DNA of 38,309 bases from an uncultured Candidatus Saccharibacteria bacterium (GTDB taxonomy: Bacteria > Patescibacteriota > Dojkabacteria > SC72). The notes below the pieces were generated by a model that worked only from the letters and a program-made list of their open reading frames with translations, was not told where the DNA came from and made no database searches. Of this stretch, positions 1-8,706 are shown one piece after another. The DNA is taken from contig CAZAJR010000031.1 of the NCBI GenBank assembly GCA_964485665.1, positions 1-38,309 of the forward strand, in the 5' to 3' direction. Every line of letters begins with the position of its first letter. Position 1 is the first letter of the stretch. A program made the position numbers and the translations under genes.

Positions 1-1913
1 CCCTGTATTTGACCTCTTTTACTACTTAATGATGCTGTAACATCACCCATGTATTCATCTGGCATTTCTACTGCTACTTTCATAAGAGGTTCGAGAAGAA
101 TAGGGTTGGCTCTTTTAAGACCTTCTTTAAATGCCATAGATCCAGCAACTTTAAAAGCAGCTTCAGAGGAATCTACTTCATGATAGGAGCCATCGATTAC
201 AGCAACCTTAATATCTACAACTGGGTATCCAGCAACAACACCGGTTTTCATAGTCTCTTCTACACCCTTTTGTATAGATGGAATAAATTCTCTAGGAATT
301 GCACCACCTTTGATCTCGTTAATAAATTCAAAACCTGCACCTGATTCGTTAGGCTCAAGTCTAAGCAAACAGTGTCCATACTGCCCTTTACCACCAGATT
401 GTTTAATATATTTACCTTCGACTTCTTCACAAACATCTTTAATGGTTTCTCTATATGCAACTTGGGGTTTGCCGACATTTGCAACTACTCCAAATTCTCG
501 TTTCATTCTATCTACCATAATTTCGAGATGTAGCTCTCCCATACCTGAAATAATTGTTTGACCTGTTTCTATATTTCCTTCTACATGGAAGGTCGGATCT
601 TCTCGAGCTAATTTCTGTAGACCTTCTCCCATTTTCTCTTCATCTGACTTAGTTGCTGGTTCAATGGCTTGTGATACAACTGGTTCTGCAAAATCAATTT
701 GCTCCAAAATTATTGGGTCCCCATCATCACAAAGTGTATCTCCGGTTGTCGAGTTCTTTAATCCCACAATCGCTCCGATATTACCAGCTCTTAGTTTCTC
801 AACCTCTTCTCGAGCATCTGCATGCATAAAAACTAATCTGCTGACTCTCTCTTTAACCTCTTTTGTAGAATTGTAAACATAAGTTCCTGCTTTCAATTCT
901 CCAGAATATACTCGACAGTATGAAAGAGTCCCTATATGGGGATCACTCACTATCTTAAATACAAGTGCAGAAAGTGGTTCTTCTTCATCGGAGTGTCTCT
1001 CTATCTCTTCTTTGGTCTCGGGATCAACACCTTTAATAGCTCTGACCTCTAATGGGGATGGTAAGCATATGGAAATATAGTTAAGCAATGTCTTTGCCAT
1101 AGCGGTTCTACTATCTCCTCCTAATACAGGAAAAATATCCAAATTAATTGTTGCTTTTCTCAAAGCCCCATGTAATTCCTCTACGGTTATTTCCTCACCT
1201 ACAAAGTATTTTTCCATTAACTTATCATCTTGTCCTACAAGCTCTTCTACTAAAATTCCCCTATATTTCTTAGCCATCTCTTTCATGTCATCAGGAATTT
1301 CTTCCTCGTATAGGTCTGGAGAGTTAATCCCTTTGTATGTGTATGCCTTCATCTCTATTAGATCAACATATCCGTGTAGATCTGTCTCTCTCCCTATTGG
1401 TAAAGTAATAGCTATAGCTTTAGGACTTAATCTATCTTTAATTGTTTGGAAACTCTTTTCAAAGTCTCCACCGATTAAGTTTATTTTGTTCATAAAGCAG
1501 ATCCTAGGAACATGGTATTTGTTTGCCTGTCTCCAAACAGTCTCTGATTGTGGTTCTACACCCTTTCTTCCATCAAATATTACAACCGCTCCATCAAGAA
1601 CTCGTAGAGATCTTTCTACCTCTGCAGTAAAATCTACATGTCCAGGAGTGTCAATGATGTTTATCCTATATCTCTTTTCATTGTAATCCCAAAAACATGT
1701 CACGGCTGCTGACATAATTGTAATACCTCTCTCTTTTTCCTGCTCCATAAAGTCTGTCGTAGCCTCACCTTCGTGAACCTCACCTACTTTATGTACCTGA
1801 CCCGTGAAATATAGAAGTCTTTCTGTGGTAGTAGTTTTACCAGCATCAATGTGTGCTATGATTCCAATATTTCTGACTAAATCTAAAGGTATTTTAACAT
1901 TGTAAGTTTCCAT
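1..1913 (-). CDS. fusA: Translation elongation factor G; C-terminus cut by the left window edge; absent from the supplied ORF track because the frame runs off the window
   Basis: Minus-strand translation from ATG (1911-1913) reads METYNVKIPLDLVRNIGIIAHIDAGKTTTTERLL..EKERGITI..IIDTPGHVDFTAEVERSLRVLDGAV..RICFMNKINLIGGDF and stays open in one frame to position 3. It passes through GMGELHLEI, KQSGGKGQYGH and GSYHEVDSSEAAFK, which are hallmarks of EF-G domains III-V. Confidence 0.93.
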   Translation of the reverse strand, partial: METYNVKIPLDLVRNIGIIAHIDAGKTTTTERLLYFTGQVHKVGEVHEGEATTDFMEQEKERGITIMSAAVTCFWDYNEKRYRINIIDTPGHVDFTAEVERSLRVLDGAVVIFDGRKGVEPQSETVWRQANKYHVPRICFMNKINLIGGDFEKSFQTIKDRLSPKAIAITLPIGRETDLHGYVDLIEMKAYTYKGINSPDLYEEEIPDDMKEMAKKYRGILVEELVGQDDKLMEKYFVGEEITVEELHGALRKATINLDIFPVLGGDSRTAMAKTLLNYISICLPSPLEVRAIKGVDPETKEEIERHSDEEEPLSALVFKIVSDPHIGTLSYCRVYSGELKAGTYVYNSTKEVKERVSRLVFMHADAREEVEKLRAGNIGAIVGLKNSTTGDTLCDDGDPIILEQIDFAEPVVSQAIEPATKSDEEKMGEGLQKLAREDPTFHVEGNIETGQTIISGMGELHLEIMVDRMKREFGVVANVGKPQVAYRETIKDVCEEVEGKYIKQSGGKGQYGHCLLRLEPNESGAGFEFINEIKGGAIPREFIPSIQKGVEETMKTGVVAGYPVVDIKVAVIDGSYHEVDSSEAAFKVAGSMAFKEGLKRANPILLEPLMKVAVEMPDEYMGDVTASLSSKRGQIQ

Positions 1914-1977
1914 ACAAAATATCTATAAAATTAATAGTACAAGCGCCATAACTTCTAGGAAATAGTACGCGACATGC

Positions 1978-2006
1978 ATTATATCAAACTATTCAAACTG
2001 TGCCAA
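1978..2006 (-). promoter_or_regulatory. Sigma70-type promoter for fusA: TTGGCA-17 nt-TATAAT with extended TG (TGATATAAT)
   Basis: The reverse complement of 1978-2006 is TTGGCAcagtttgaatagtttgaTATAAT. The -35 lies inside the 3' end of the upstream TPR gene. The predicted leader is about 58 nt to ATG 1913. Confidence 0.6.
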
Positions 2007-3434
2007 CAACTTTTCAACCTCTTGAGTTACAAACCCTTCTAAATCATATTCTAAGGCTAGTTCAAAATTGTTTTTAGCTGATTGAGTATCCGACTGTGAT
2101 AGGTCGTATGATCCCTTTAACCAATAGTATTTAGGATTGAATCTATCAAGTGATAATAGTTCTTCACAATCAGCTTCTATGTTTTCGGTGGCTGATTCAT
2201 CCAAAGCCGATCTAATCTTCCAAAATAGATACTCTTTTTTTTCATCATCGCTCATACTCATCTCGGATAGTTTGTTTAAATAGTAATCAAATTTGGCATC
2301 TCCCGAGGATTGATAGTAAAGGTCTAATCCCATTAGATACAACCATTCATTGTCTACACTCTTAACAATATCTGTGTATACAGCTTCCGCTTTACTAATC
2401 TGATTTGAGTTTAATAGGATATTAAGATACTCTTCTACCAATTCTTGGCTGATGTCATCACCTGCATACTCTACTGCCATGTCATAGTAGGTTGCTACAT
2501 TAACTAAATCATCTTTTTTGAAGTAGGCTCTACCTAACATCCAGTATTTATCTGCCTCATATCCCAAAAGGCTAGCTGATTGTGCAAGCACTTCTAATGC
2601 CTTGTCATACTGCTTATTATCCAAATATGCTTTACCTAAGTAGTATAGGGCGTCCACGTACTGAGTAATATCGCCACTTTTAGGCCCCAATATTCTGATT
2701 GCCAAAGTTGGATAACCACTATTAATATATATCCTACTTAACTTCGTAATATTAAACAGTTCATCTTCCGTTAATGAATCAAGGATAGAGGAGTATGTTT
2801 GGAAATAACTACTCTTCTCTTCCTCTATTACTGTATAGTTATCAACAAACTCTTTAGCTTGCTTGGTATCCTCTGTACCAAGGATATATGCATAGAGCAA
2901 ACTGGCTTCATCTACTGTTTCTGTTTCATACTCTTTGTTGAGAAGTTTTTTAGCCAAATCAAATTCATTGTTGTGAATATATGTTTTAGCAAGACCCAAA
3001 TTAGTTGTTGGGTTACTGTTTAAAGAGTTTGCTATTTCATAGTTTACTTTAGCTTCATAGTAGTTTCCATTTTCAAAATATTTCTCTGCTATATCCGCAT
3101 ATATTAGACTGATCCCTGCAGTTGAAGTTCTGTTTTGTGCTTTTTGAGCAATCTCTAAAGCTTTAGCAAAATCATTCTTAGATAAATATATATTTACTAT
3201 CTTAGAATATGCCCGAGCGTCAGTAGGTATCACTTTAACTGCACTGTTGTATTTAATAACGGCTTCTGAATATTCATGAGCATCGATCAACAAATCTCCC
3301 TCTGTAAGTATCTCTTCATATTGATTAATTTCTTCTTGAGTCGGTGGTTTGAAATATAGATAGGCGAGAATACCTCCGGCAATAAGGAGTATTCCTAATA
3401 CTACTGATGATATGATTAAAATTTTCTTCTTCAT
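1989..3434 (-). CDS. Membrane-anchored TPR-repeat protein
   Basis: 481-aa ORF with an N-terminal hydrophobic anchor (ILIISSVVLGILLIAGGILAYLYF). It is followed by many ~34-aa helical repeats with the TPR A/Y/L pattern, e.g. YSEAVIKYNSAVKVIPTDARAYSKIVNIY, YYEAKVNYEIANSLN, YDKALEVLAQSASL. Confidence 0.75.
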   Translation of the reverse strand: MKKKILIISSVVLGILLIAGGILAYLYFKPPTQEEINQYEEILTEGDLLIDAHEYSEAVIKYNSAVKVIPTDARAYSKIVNIYLSKNDFAKALEIAQKAQNRTSTAGISLIYADIAEKYFENGNYYEAKVNYEIANSLNSNPTTNLGLAKTYIHNNEFDLAKKLLNKEYETETVDEASLLYAYILGTEDTKQAKEFVDNYTVIEEEKSSYFQTYSSILDSLTEDELFNITKLSRIYINSGYPTLAIRILGPKSGDITQYVDALYYLGKAYLDNKQYDKALEVLAQSASLLGYEADKYWMLGRAYFKKDDLVNVATYYDMAVEYAGDDISQELVEEYLNILLNSNQISKAEAVYTDIVKSVDNEWLYLMGLDLYYQSSGDAKFDYYLNKLSEMSMSDDEKKEYLFWKIRSALDESATENIEADCEELLSLDRFNPKYYWLKGSYDLSQSDTQSAKNNFELALEYDLEGFVTQEVEKLLAQFE

Positions 3435-3443
3435 GGTATTTCT

Positions 3444-3472
3444 AGAATAGTTTAGTGCTATGAAATTGTCAA
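3444..3472 (-). promoter_or_regulatory. Promoter of the TPR gene: TTGACA-17 nt-TATTCT, only 9 nt from the ATG (near-leaderless)
   Basis: The reverse complement of 3444-3472 is TTGACAatttcatagcactaaacTATTCT. The start codon complement is at 3432-3434. Confidence 0.55.
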
Positions 3473-3493
3473 ATACAATTCAATTTTAAATCA

Positions 3494-3502
3494 TGTTATA
3501 CT
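3494..3502 (+). promoter_or_regulatory. Extended -10 element TGTTATACT, 12 nt upstream of the ATG at 3515
   Basis: TG at 3494-3495 and TATACT at 3497-3502. No good -35 (TACAAT sits at the 17-nt position). It lies back-to-back with the divergent TPR promoter. Confidence 0.4.
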
Positions 3503-3514
3503 AACAAACAACTT

Positions 3515-4438
3515 ATGAAACACCTTAAGTTAGGCTTACTAACTTTGACAATCTGTTTTCTCATTTCTTTTCCAATTATTGCATTTGGTTTTAATATTCC
3601 ATACACAAATGCATCTGAGAATCTTGGTATCGAAAATGTGGGAGAAATTGTTTTTAAGTTTGATAGTCAGGAAGTTAAAAACACTTTTGATTTGAGTCTT
3701 GTCACTGTTATCATTAATGGTACTCCTCAAAAAGTTTTGACTAATCGTGTTGATATTAATAGGCTTCTCAAGGATATGGGAATTGTAAATGATAATAGCA
3801 AGAAAATTTTAAGTACAACTCAAAATGTGCAAGATGGTTCTGTAGTAAGAGTTATTACCGTTGGCACAGTAGTAGAGGAAAACAGTATTGAGATTCCATA
3901 CAGGACTGAGAAAATAAATACGAAAGAAATACCATATGGTGATACTAAAGTCGTCCAAGAGGGTGTTTTGGGTATAAGAACACAACAGATTAAAAGAATT
4001 TACGAAGATGGTAAATTGGTTAAAGAGAATATTCTTTCTGAGGAGATTGCACAAGAACCTGTTAAAGAGGTTATTAAGGTCGGAGTTTTAAAGTATTCTC
4101 CTGATGATTTAGACAAACGATACGGGTATAACTGTTCTCATTGGTATAGCGTTGTAGATCAGGGCGATTATTCTGATCAAGAGAAACAGTGGTTAAAATA
4201 TGTAATGGAGTGTGAATCTGGATGTAACGCGGAGAGTGATAAAAATTCTACCTACAAAGGGCTTTTTCAATGGAACCCTAAGTACTGGGATATCTTTTTT
4301 TCTGATGATAATATCTATGACGGTTATGCACAGATAAAAAATACTGTATGGAAGATCCGAAAAGGTGTTAATTTATATGCTTACTGGCCACACTGTCATA
4401 GAGACTATGTTAAAAAGTTTGGAGAATTTGTAAGATAG
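3515..4438 (+). CDS. RpfB-like secreted muralytic protein (DUF348-like + G5 + Rpf-type transglycosylase-like domain)
   Basis: N-terminal signal/anchor LGLLTLTICFLISFPIIAF. DUF348-like segment VTVIINGTPQKVLTNRVDINRLLKDMGI..DGSVVRVITV. G5-like segment IPYRTEKINTKEIPYGDTKVVQEGVLGIRTQQIKRIYEDGKLV..VIKVG. The C-terminus WLKYVMECESGCNAESDKNSTYKGLFQWNPKYW..YAYWPHC matches the Rpf pattern ECESGGN..GGLQF..W..WP.C. Confidence 0.75.
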   Translation: MKHLKLGLLTLTICFLISFPIIAFGFNIPYTNASENLGIENVGEIVFKFDSQEVKNTFDLSLVTVIINGTPQKVLTNRVDINRLLKDMGIVNDNSKKILSTTQNVQDGSVVRVITVGTVVEENSIEIPYRTEKINTKEIPYGDTKVVQEGVLGIRTQQIKRIYEDGKLVKENILSEEIAQEPVKEVIKVGVLKYSPDDLDKRYGYNCSHWYSVVDQGDYSDQEKQWLKYVMECESGCNAESDKNSTYKGLFQWNPKYWDIFFSDDNIYDGYAQIKNTVWKIRKGVNLYAYWPHCHRDYVKKFGEFVR

Positions 4439-6451
4439 TTAAGCTTGCCAACTATAATATTCGCAGATATCCTGAGGTATTTCTCCCAAGAATCTAGATG
4501 GTATTTGATTACTATATCCTTCTCTTGTTTGTCTCCTTTCGGCGAATGTAAGATAGAGTTTTTCTTTAGCTCTTGTAATTCCTACATAACATAATCTTCT
4601 TTCTTCTTCTAGCTCATCTTCATCTGTAAACGAACGAGAGTGTGGTAACAAACCTTCTTCCATACCAATTATAAATACATACGGAAACTCTAAACCCTTT
4701 GAAGAATGTAGTGTCATCAAATGAAGATTTTGACCACTTCCATCTTGATTTTTATCTTGCTCTTGTTCAATTAAAGCTATTTCTTGTAAAAAGATCTCCA
4801 AAGATTCTTTGCCGTATTTTTTTACATAGCTGTCGGCTACATTCTTTAACTCTTCTATATTCTCTATCTTATACTGAGCTTGCTCTGAACCATCATCTAT
4901 ATCTTCTATATACTTGGTTTTAGAAAGTACTATATCTATAGCTTCCAAAGCATTACTGTTTTTTGCTCTGACATAAATATCCCCAAATGTAAGATATGCT
5001 TTCTTATATTTACTCAGTTCTTCCATATAGTCTCTTACCTTTCTAAGAAGATTCTTATTGACCTCTACACGATCTTGATCTTCGGGATTAACTATTAAAT
5101 AGGCTGATAATAGTAATTCTCCGAGAGTACACTTTGCTTTTTTAGCTATTTTATATAAGTGCACAGTACTTTTAGGACCTATTTTCCTACTGGGAACGTT
5201 GAGTACCCTATTTAAACTAAGTTCATCCTTAAGATTTACAACATATCTTAGATAACTAAGGATATCTTTAATCTCTTGTCTGTCGTAGAATCTAAAACCT
5301 CCCACTAATTTATATGGCAAACCGTTTCTAAGTAGTTCTTCTTCTACAACTCTCGATTGGTAATTAGTTCTGTATAAAACGGCGATCTGGGATAAAGAAA
5401 TATCTCTTCTTTGCAGATGAAGTATTTCATCTACAACGTACATTGCTTCTTCCTGCTGATCTTTAGCTTGATACATTGTGATATCCTCTCCTCTACCTTT
5501 AGCAGTCCACAGTTCTTTGTTTACTCTTGCAATGTTTTGTTGTATTACAGATACTGCAGCTTCTATGACATTTTTTGTAGAACGATAGTTACGTTCTAGT
5601 TTAATAACTTGTACATCATCAAAATCGTTTTCAAAGGATTGGATATTTTTGATGTCAGCTCCTCTCCAAGCATATATTCCTTGGTCATCGTCTCCTACAA
5701 CACAGATGTTTTTATATTTCTCAGATAGCAACTTTGCAAATTTATACTGTACCGTATTTGTGTCTTGATATTCATCAATCATTATATATTTATATCTTTC
5801 TTGATATTTTTCTAAAATATCTTTATGATCTTTGAGCATTTCGACGGTTAGATATAAGAGGTCTCCAAAATCTACACTGTTTTGTGCTCTTAGTTGTTTT
5901 TGGTATTCTGGATATATCTCTGCTGTAATATCTTCTAAAAATCCTCCATAGTGAAAAGAGAAATTTTCTGGAGATATTAATTCATTTTTGGCAGTTGATA
6001 TGTAGTTGGCTATAGATCTTGGTTTAATTTGTTTTGTGTCTATATCTTTTTGTTTAAGAAGATCTTTTATTAAATTTTCTGTATCTTTGCTATCGTATAT
6101 AGAAAAGTTGTGAGATAGATTTATCTTTTTAGCATTTTGTCTTAACATCATTGCTCCTATTGAATGAAACGTGCCTATTGTACATTTAGATTCATTGCTT
6201 ACATGTAATTCAGTTAGGAGTTCATTTACCCTTTCTTGCATTTCACCTGCTGCTTTTTTCGTAAATGTTACTGCTAATATATTGCTGGGATTTATAGATT
6301 TCTCTGATATGAGATATGCTATACGGTTTGTTATAACTCTGGTTTTTCCAGAGCCTGCACCAGCAAATACTAAAAGTGGACCTTTGATATGCTCTACTGC
6401 TTTTTTCTGTTGTGGGTTTAGTCTTGATAATATAGGACTTGTGTCCGCCAT
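4439..6451 (-). CDS. pcrA: ATP-dependent DNA helicase, UvrD/PcrA family (SF1)
   Basis: 670 aa carrying the full SF1 motif set: AGAGSGKT, TFTKKAA, DEYQDTN, VGDDDQGIYAWRGA, LERNYRS, TLHSSKGLEFPYVFI, RRLCYVGITRA. Confidence 0.92.
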   Translation of the reverse strand: MADTSPILSRLNPQQKKAVEHIKGPLLVFAGAGSGKTRVITNRIAYLISEKSINPSNILAVTFTKKAAGEMQERVNELLTELHVSNESKCTIGTFHSIGAMMLRQNAKKINLSHNFSIYDSKDTENLIKDLLKQKDIDTKQIKPRSIANYISTAKNELISPENFSFHYGGFLEDITAEIYPEYQKQLRAQNSVDFGDLLYLTVEMLKDHKDILEKYQERYKYIMIDEYQDTNTVQYKFAKLLSEKYKNICVVGDDDQGIYAWRGADIKNIQSFENDFDDVQVIKLERNYRSTKNVIEAAVSVIQQNIARVNKELWTAKGRGEDITMYQAKDQQEEAMYVVDEILHLQRRDISLSQIAVLYRTNYQSRVVEEELLRNGLPYKLVGGFRFYDRQEIKDILSYLRYVVNLKDELSLNRVLNVPSRKIGPKSTVHLYKIAKKAKCTLGELLLSAYLIVNPEDQDRVEVNKNLLRKVRDYMEELSKYKKAYLTFGDIYVRAKNSNALEAIDIVLSKTKYIEDIDDGSEQAQYKIENIEELKNVADSYVKKYGKESLEIFLQEIALIEQEQDKNQDGSGQNLHLMTLHSSKGLEFPYVFIIGMEEGLLPHSRSFTDEDELEEERRLCYVGITRAKEKLYLTFAERRQTREGYSNQIPSRFLGEIPQDICEYYSWQA

Positions 6452-6472
6452 TGGGTCAATAATAAAAACAAT

Positions 6473-7633
6473 TTACTCTAATTCTTCAGCAAAGGGACAA
6501 TAAAACCAGCCCTCTTTGTCGTCTCCGTACTTAATTTTATACCAACATGATTCGTGGTACTCAACAACAGGATATACCTCTCCATCGTTAACTACATCTA
6601 TCTTCTCACAACTAAATCTTCTACAGTTTCTAATGTTAACAAAACCGTATTCAGGCGAATCTATTTTTACAATCGTTTGATCACCTTTTTTCACTTCAAA
6701 TGCAATTGTAAATTCTGAGTTCTCAAATGGTTCATCTGCAAATTTCAATATGTTAAATTCTTCCGAGTACTCTCCTGGCTCTACTTTAGGATACAAAGAG
6801 AATGTAAACTCTGCTGTTTGACCTGGTAGTATATATTCTTCTGAGTCTAAATGGGTCGCTTTACTAAAACTATCCCATACTTCATTTACTGCAAACGGGC
6901 TTTCTTCTGAATCTTTTACAGATATATATATTGGGTTTTTATCAGATGTCCAAACAAAGTCATTATTGTTTTGGGCAGTAACTTTTACTTCTAGTTGCTC
7001 TCCTAATTCTACACTCTCGTTGTATTCAACACTTTCTATATTTGTTTTGTATTCTAAATGCTCCCTATCATATCCCTGCCAATCTTGAAGTGTTGAGTTA
7101 ATAGATTCTTTAAACAAAGAATTTGGTTCCTGGAGTTCTAATTGAGAGAAAGTTTCTTCCGTCTCTTTTATACTATATGCAGATATATCGTACTCTGTAA
7201 GACCAAATGTCTGTGAAAGATCGTTTGTTAAATTTAATATCTCTGTACTTGCTTTATTGCTTAGTTGTCCATTGTTGGATAAGTATCCTACAACTATATA
7301 GGAGTGGTCTAGGAGTTTAATGGCGTCATATGTTTGTGTTTTATAGATATTCCCACTTTCATCTACAATGTAATGATAGGGTATATTTCCTAGTTTTAGC
7401 TTAGTAATGCAGTAGTAGTAAATTGTGTTTAGGTAGTCTTCAGGGTTTAGTGGGAGTTTATCATAGTTCCCTTTTATTTGTGTGAACAAAATTTGCTTAG
7501 GTTCTTGATAGGAGTATTCAATTCCTTGTACTAAGGACGTATCAAATTTTTCAAAGGAGTTGCTGTATGCAAGTAGTGGTGTTACAAGAGAGAACAATAT
7601 TATGGTTGTAAAGAGAATTTTATTTAACTTCAT
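6473..7633 (-). CDS. Exported wall-binding protein: degenerate amidase_2/PGRP-like domain + Ig-like (NBR1-like) domain + C-terminal SH3b-like domain
   Basis: I place the start at ATG 7631-7633 (MKLNKILFTTIILFSLVTPLLAYS signal peptide); the track ORF begins at an upstream TTG (7648). GNIPYHYIVDESGNIYKTQ..SYIVVGYLSNNGQLS resembles the amidase_2 core (GYHFLID.dG.iyeGR..siGI). The C-terminus GEVYPVVEYHESCWYKIKYGDDKEGWFY is SH3b-like. Confidence 0.6.
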   Translation of the reverse strand: MKLNKILFTTIILFSLVTPLLAYSNSFEKFDTSLVQGIEYSYQEPKQILFTQIKGNYDKLPLNPEDYLNTIYYYCITKLKLGNIPYHYIVDESGNIYKTQTYDAIKLLDHSYIVVGYLSNNGQLSNKASTEILNLTNDLSQTFGLTEYDISAYSIKETEETFSQLELQEPNSLFKESINSTLQDWQGYDREHLEYKTNIESVEYNESVELGEQLEVKVTAQNNNDFVWTSDKNPIYISVKDSEESPFAVNEVWDSFSKATHLDSEEYILPGQTAEFTFSLYPKVEPGEYSEEFNILKFADEPFENSEFTIAFEVKKGDQTIVKIDSPEYGFVNIRNCRRFSCEKIDVVNDGEVYPVVEYHESCWYKIKYGDDKEGWFYCPFAEELE

Positions 7634-7701
7634 GTTACATTGTATCAACTAATCGGGAGTTTTTACATATTAACATCTAGCAGTCTTAATGAAAATTTCT
7701 A

Positions 7702-8694
7702 TTATTGCCCAACTACAATATACTCTGGATCAACTGCGTTGGTATATCCCACAGCGGGCACTGAGTATATTTCATCTTCATATTCAACAGAACATTCTAA
7801 ATCTAAACGAAGTACAGGAGTAAGAAATTCTTGCTCAAAGGATTGATAAAGATAGACTAGTTTGTTTGATACGGCATTACAATTTGTAATTTCTTGCTGT
7901 AATTGTAGTATTTCATCATTTAAATATTCGTTTTCTATAGATAGTGCTGAAGCTATTTTCCCTGGATTAAAATATATTGATTTAGGATATTGTGGAGAAT
8001 TTATATATTCACTGAGATCTTCTAATTCAATTACAGGCAAATACTGCTGAGTATCAAGAAATCCTGTAAGAAGTATTCTACCAGACATGATCTTCCCATT
8101 TTTTATGGATAAATAATCTGTTTCGCTGTAAAGCTCAGTGGTTTCCAGGATAACGTCGTTTGTCAGTACTCTATTGGCGTAGTACAGTGTTAAACCATCA
8201 GGATAATTCTGTTTACTGTTAAAAGTATATTCCCAATCTCTATCAAAGTATCTTTTTACAAAAATGGTAAACGAGTTTGATGAAAGTTCTACCTCTTCCC
8301 AATCAATACCTTCATTCAAACTAAATGTTAAGATGTTTTTTAACAAAGAGTACTGAAAATAATTTCCTTGGTCATCGGACCAATAGTAGTACTCTCCTTC
8401 CACCTGATCTGTGAGATCAATTTTAGAAGCAATTTTATCTATCATATTTTCTATTTCCTCCTTACTTGTCTCTTGTGAGATTTCCCAGAATTTGTAATCT
8501 TTCATTTCATAGTTTTTTATACCTTGGATATTTATACTAACCTCACTCTCCGTCCCCAATGCTGATTGTGTTATAGGTTCTTTTGGATAGTTGTTATCTT
8601 TAGATGAAAAAACAAAATAGAAAAGTACGCCTAAAGCTGTCAAAAGGCTTGTTACCAAAATCAGTATTATTATTTTTCTGTTTTCTTTTTTCAT
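7702..8694 (-). CDS. Bitopic membrane protein of unknown function (N-terminal TM anchor, ~300-aa outside domain)
   Basis: 330-aa ORF with anchor IIILILVTSLLTALGVLFYFVF. I recognise no motif. There is a 12-nt gap to the upstream gene. Confidence 0.6.
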   Translation of the reverse strand: MKKENRKIIILILVTSLLTALGVLFYFVFSSKDNNYPKEPITQSALGTESEVSINIQGIKNYEMKDYKFWEISQETSKEEIENMIDKIASKIDLTDQVEGEYYYWSDDQGNYFQYSLLKNILTFSLNEGIDWEEVELSSNSFTIFVKRYFDRDWEYTFNSKQNYPDGLTLYYANRVLTNDVILETTELYSETDYLSIKNGKIMSGRILLTGFLDTQQYLPVIELEDLSEYINSPQYPKSIYFNPGKIASALSIENEYLNDEILQLQQEITNCNAVSNKLVYLYQSFEQEFLTPVLRLDLECSVEYEDEIYSVPAVGYTNAVDPEYIVVGQ

Positions 8695-8706
8695 ATATTT
8701 TTTATA

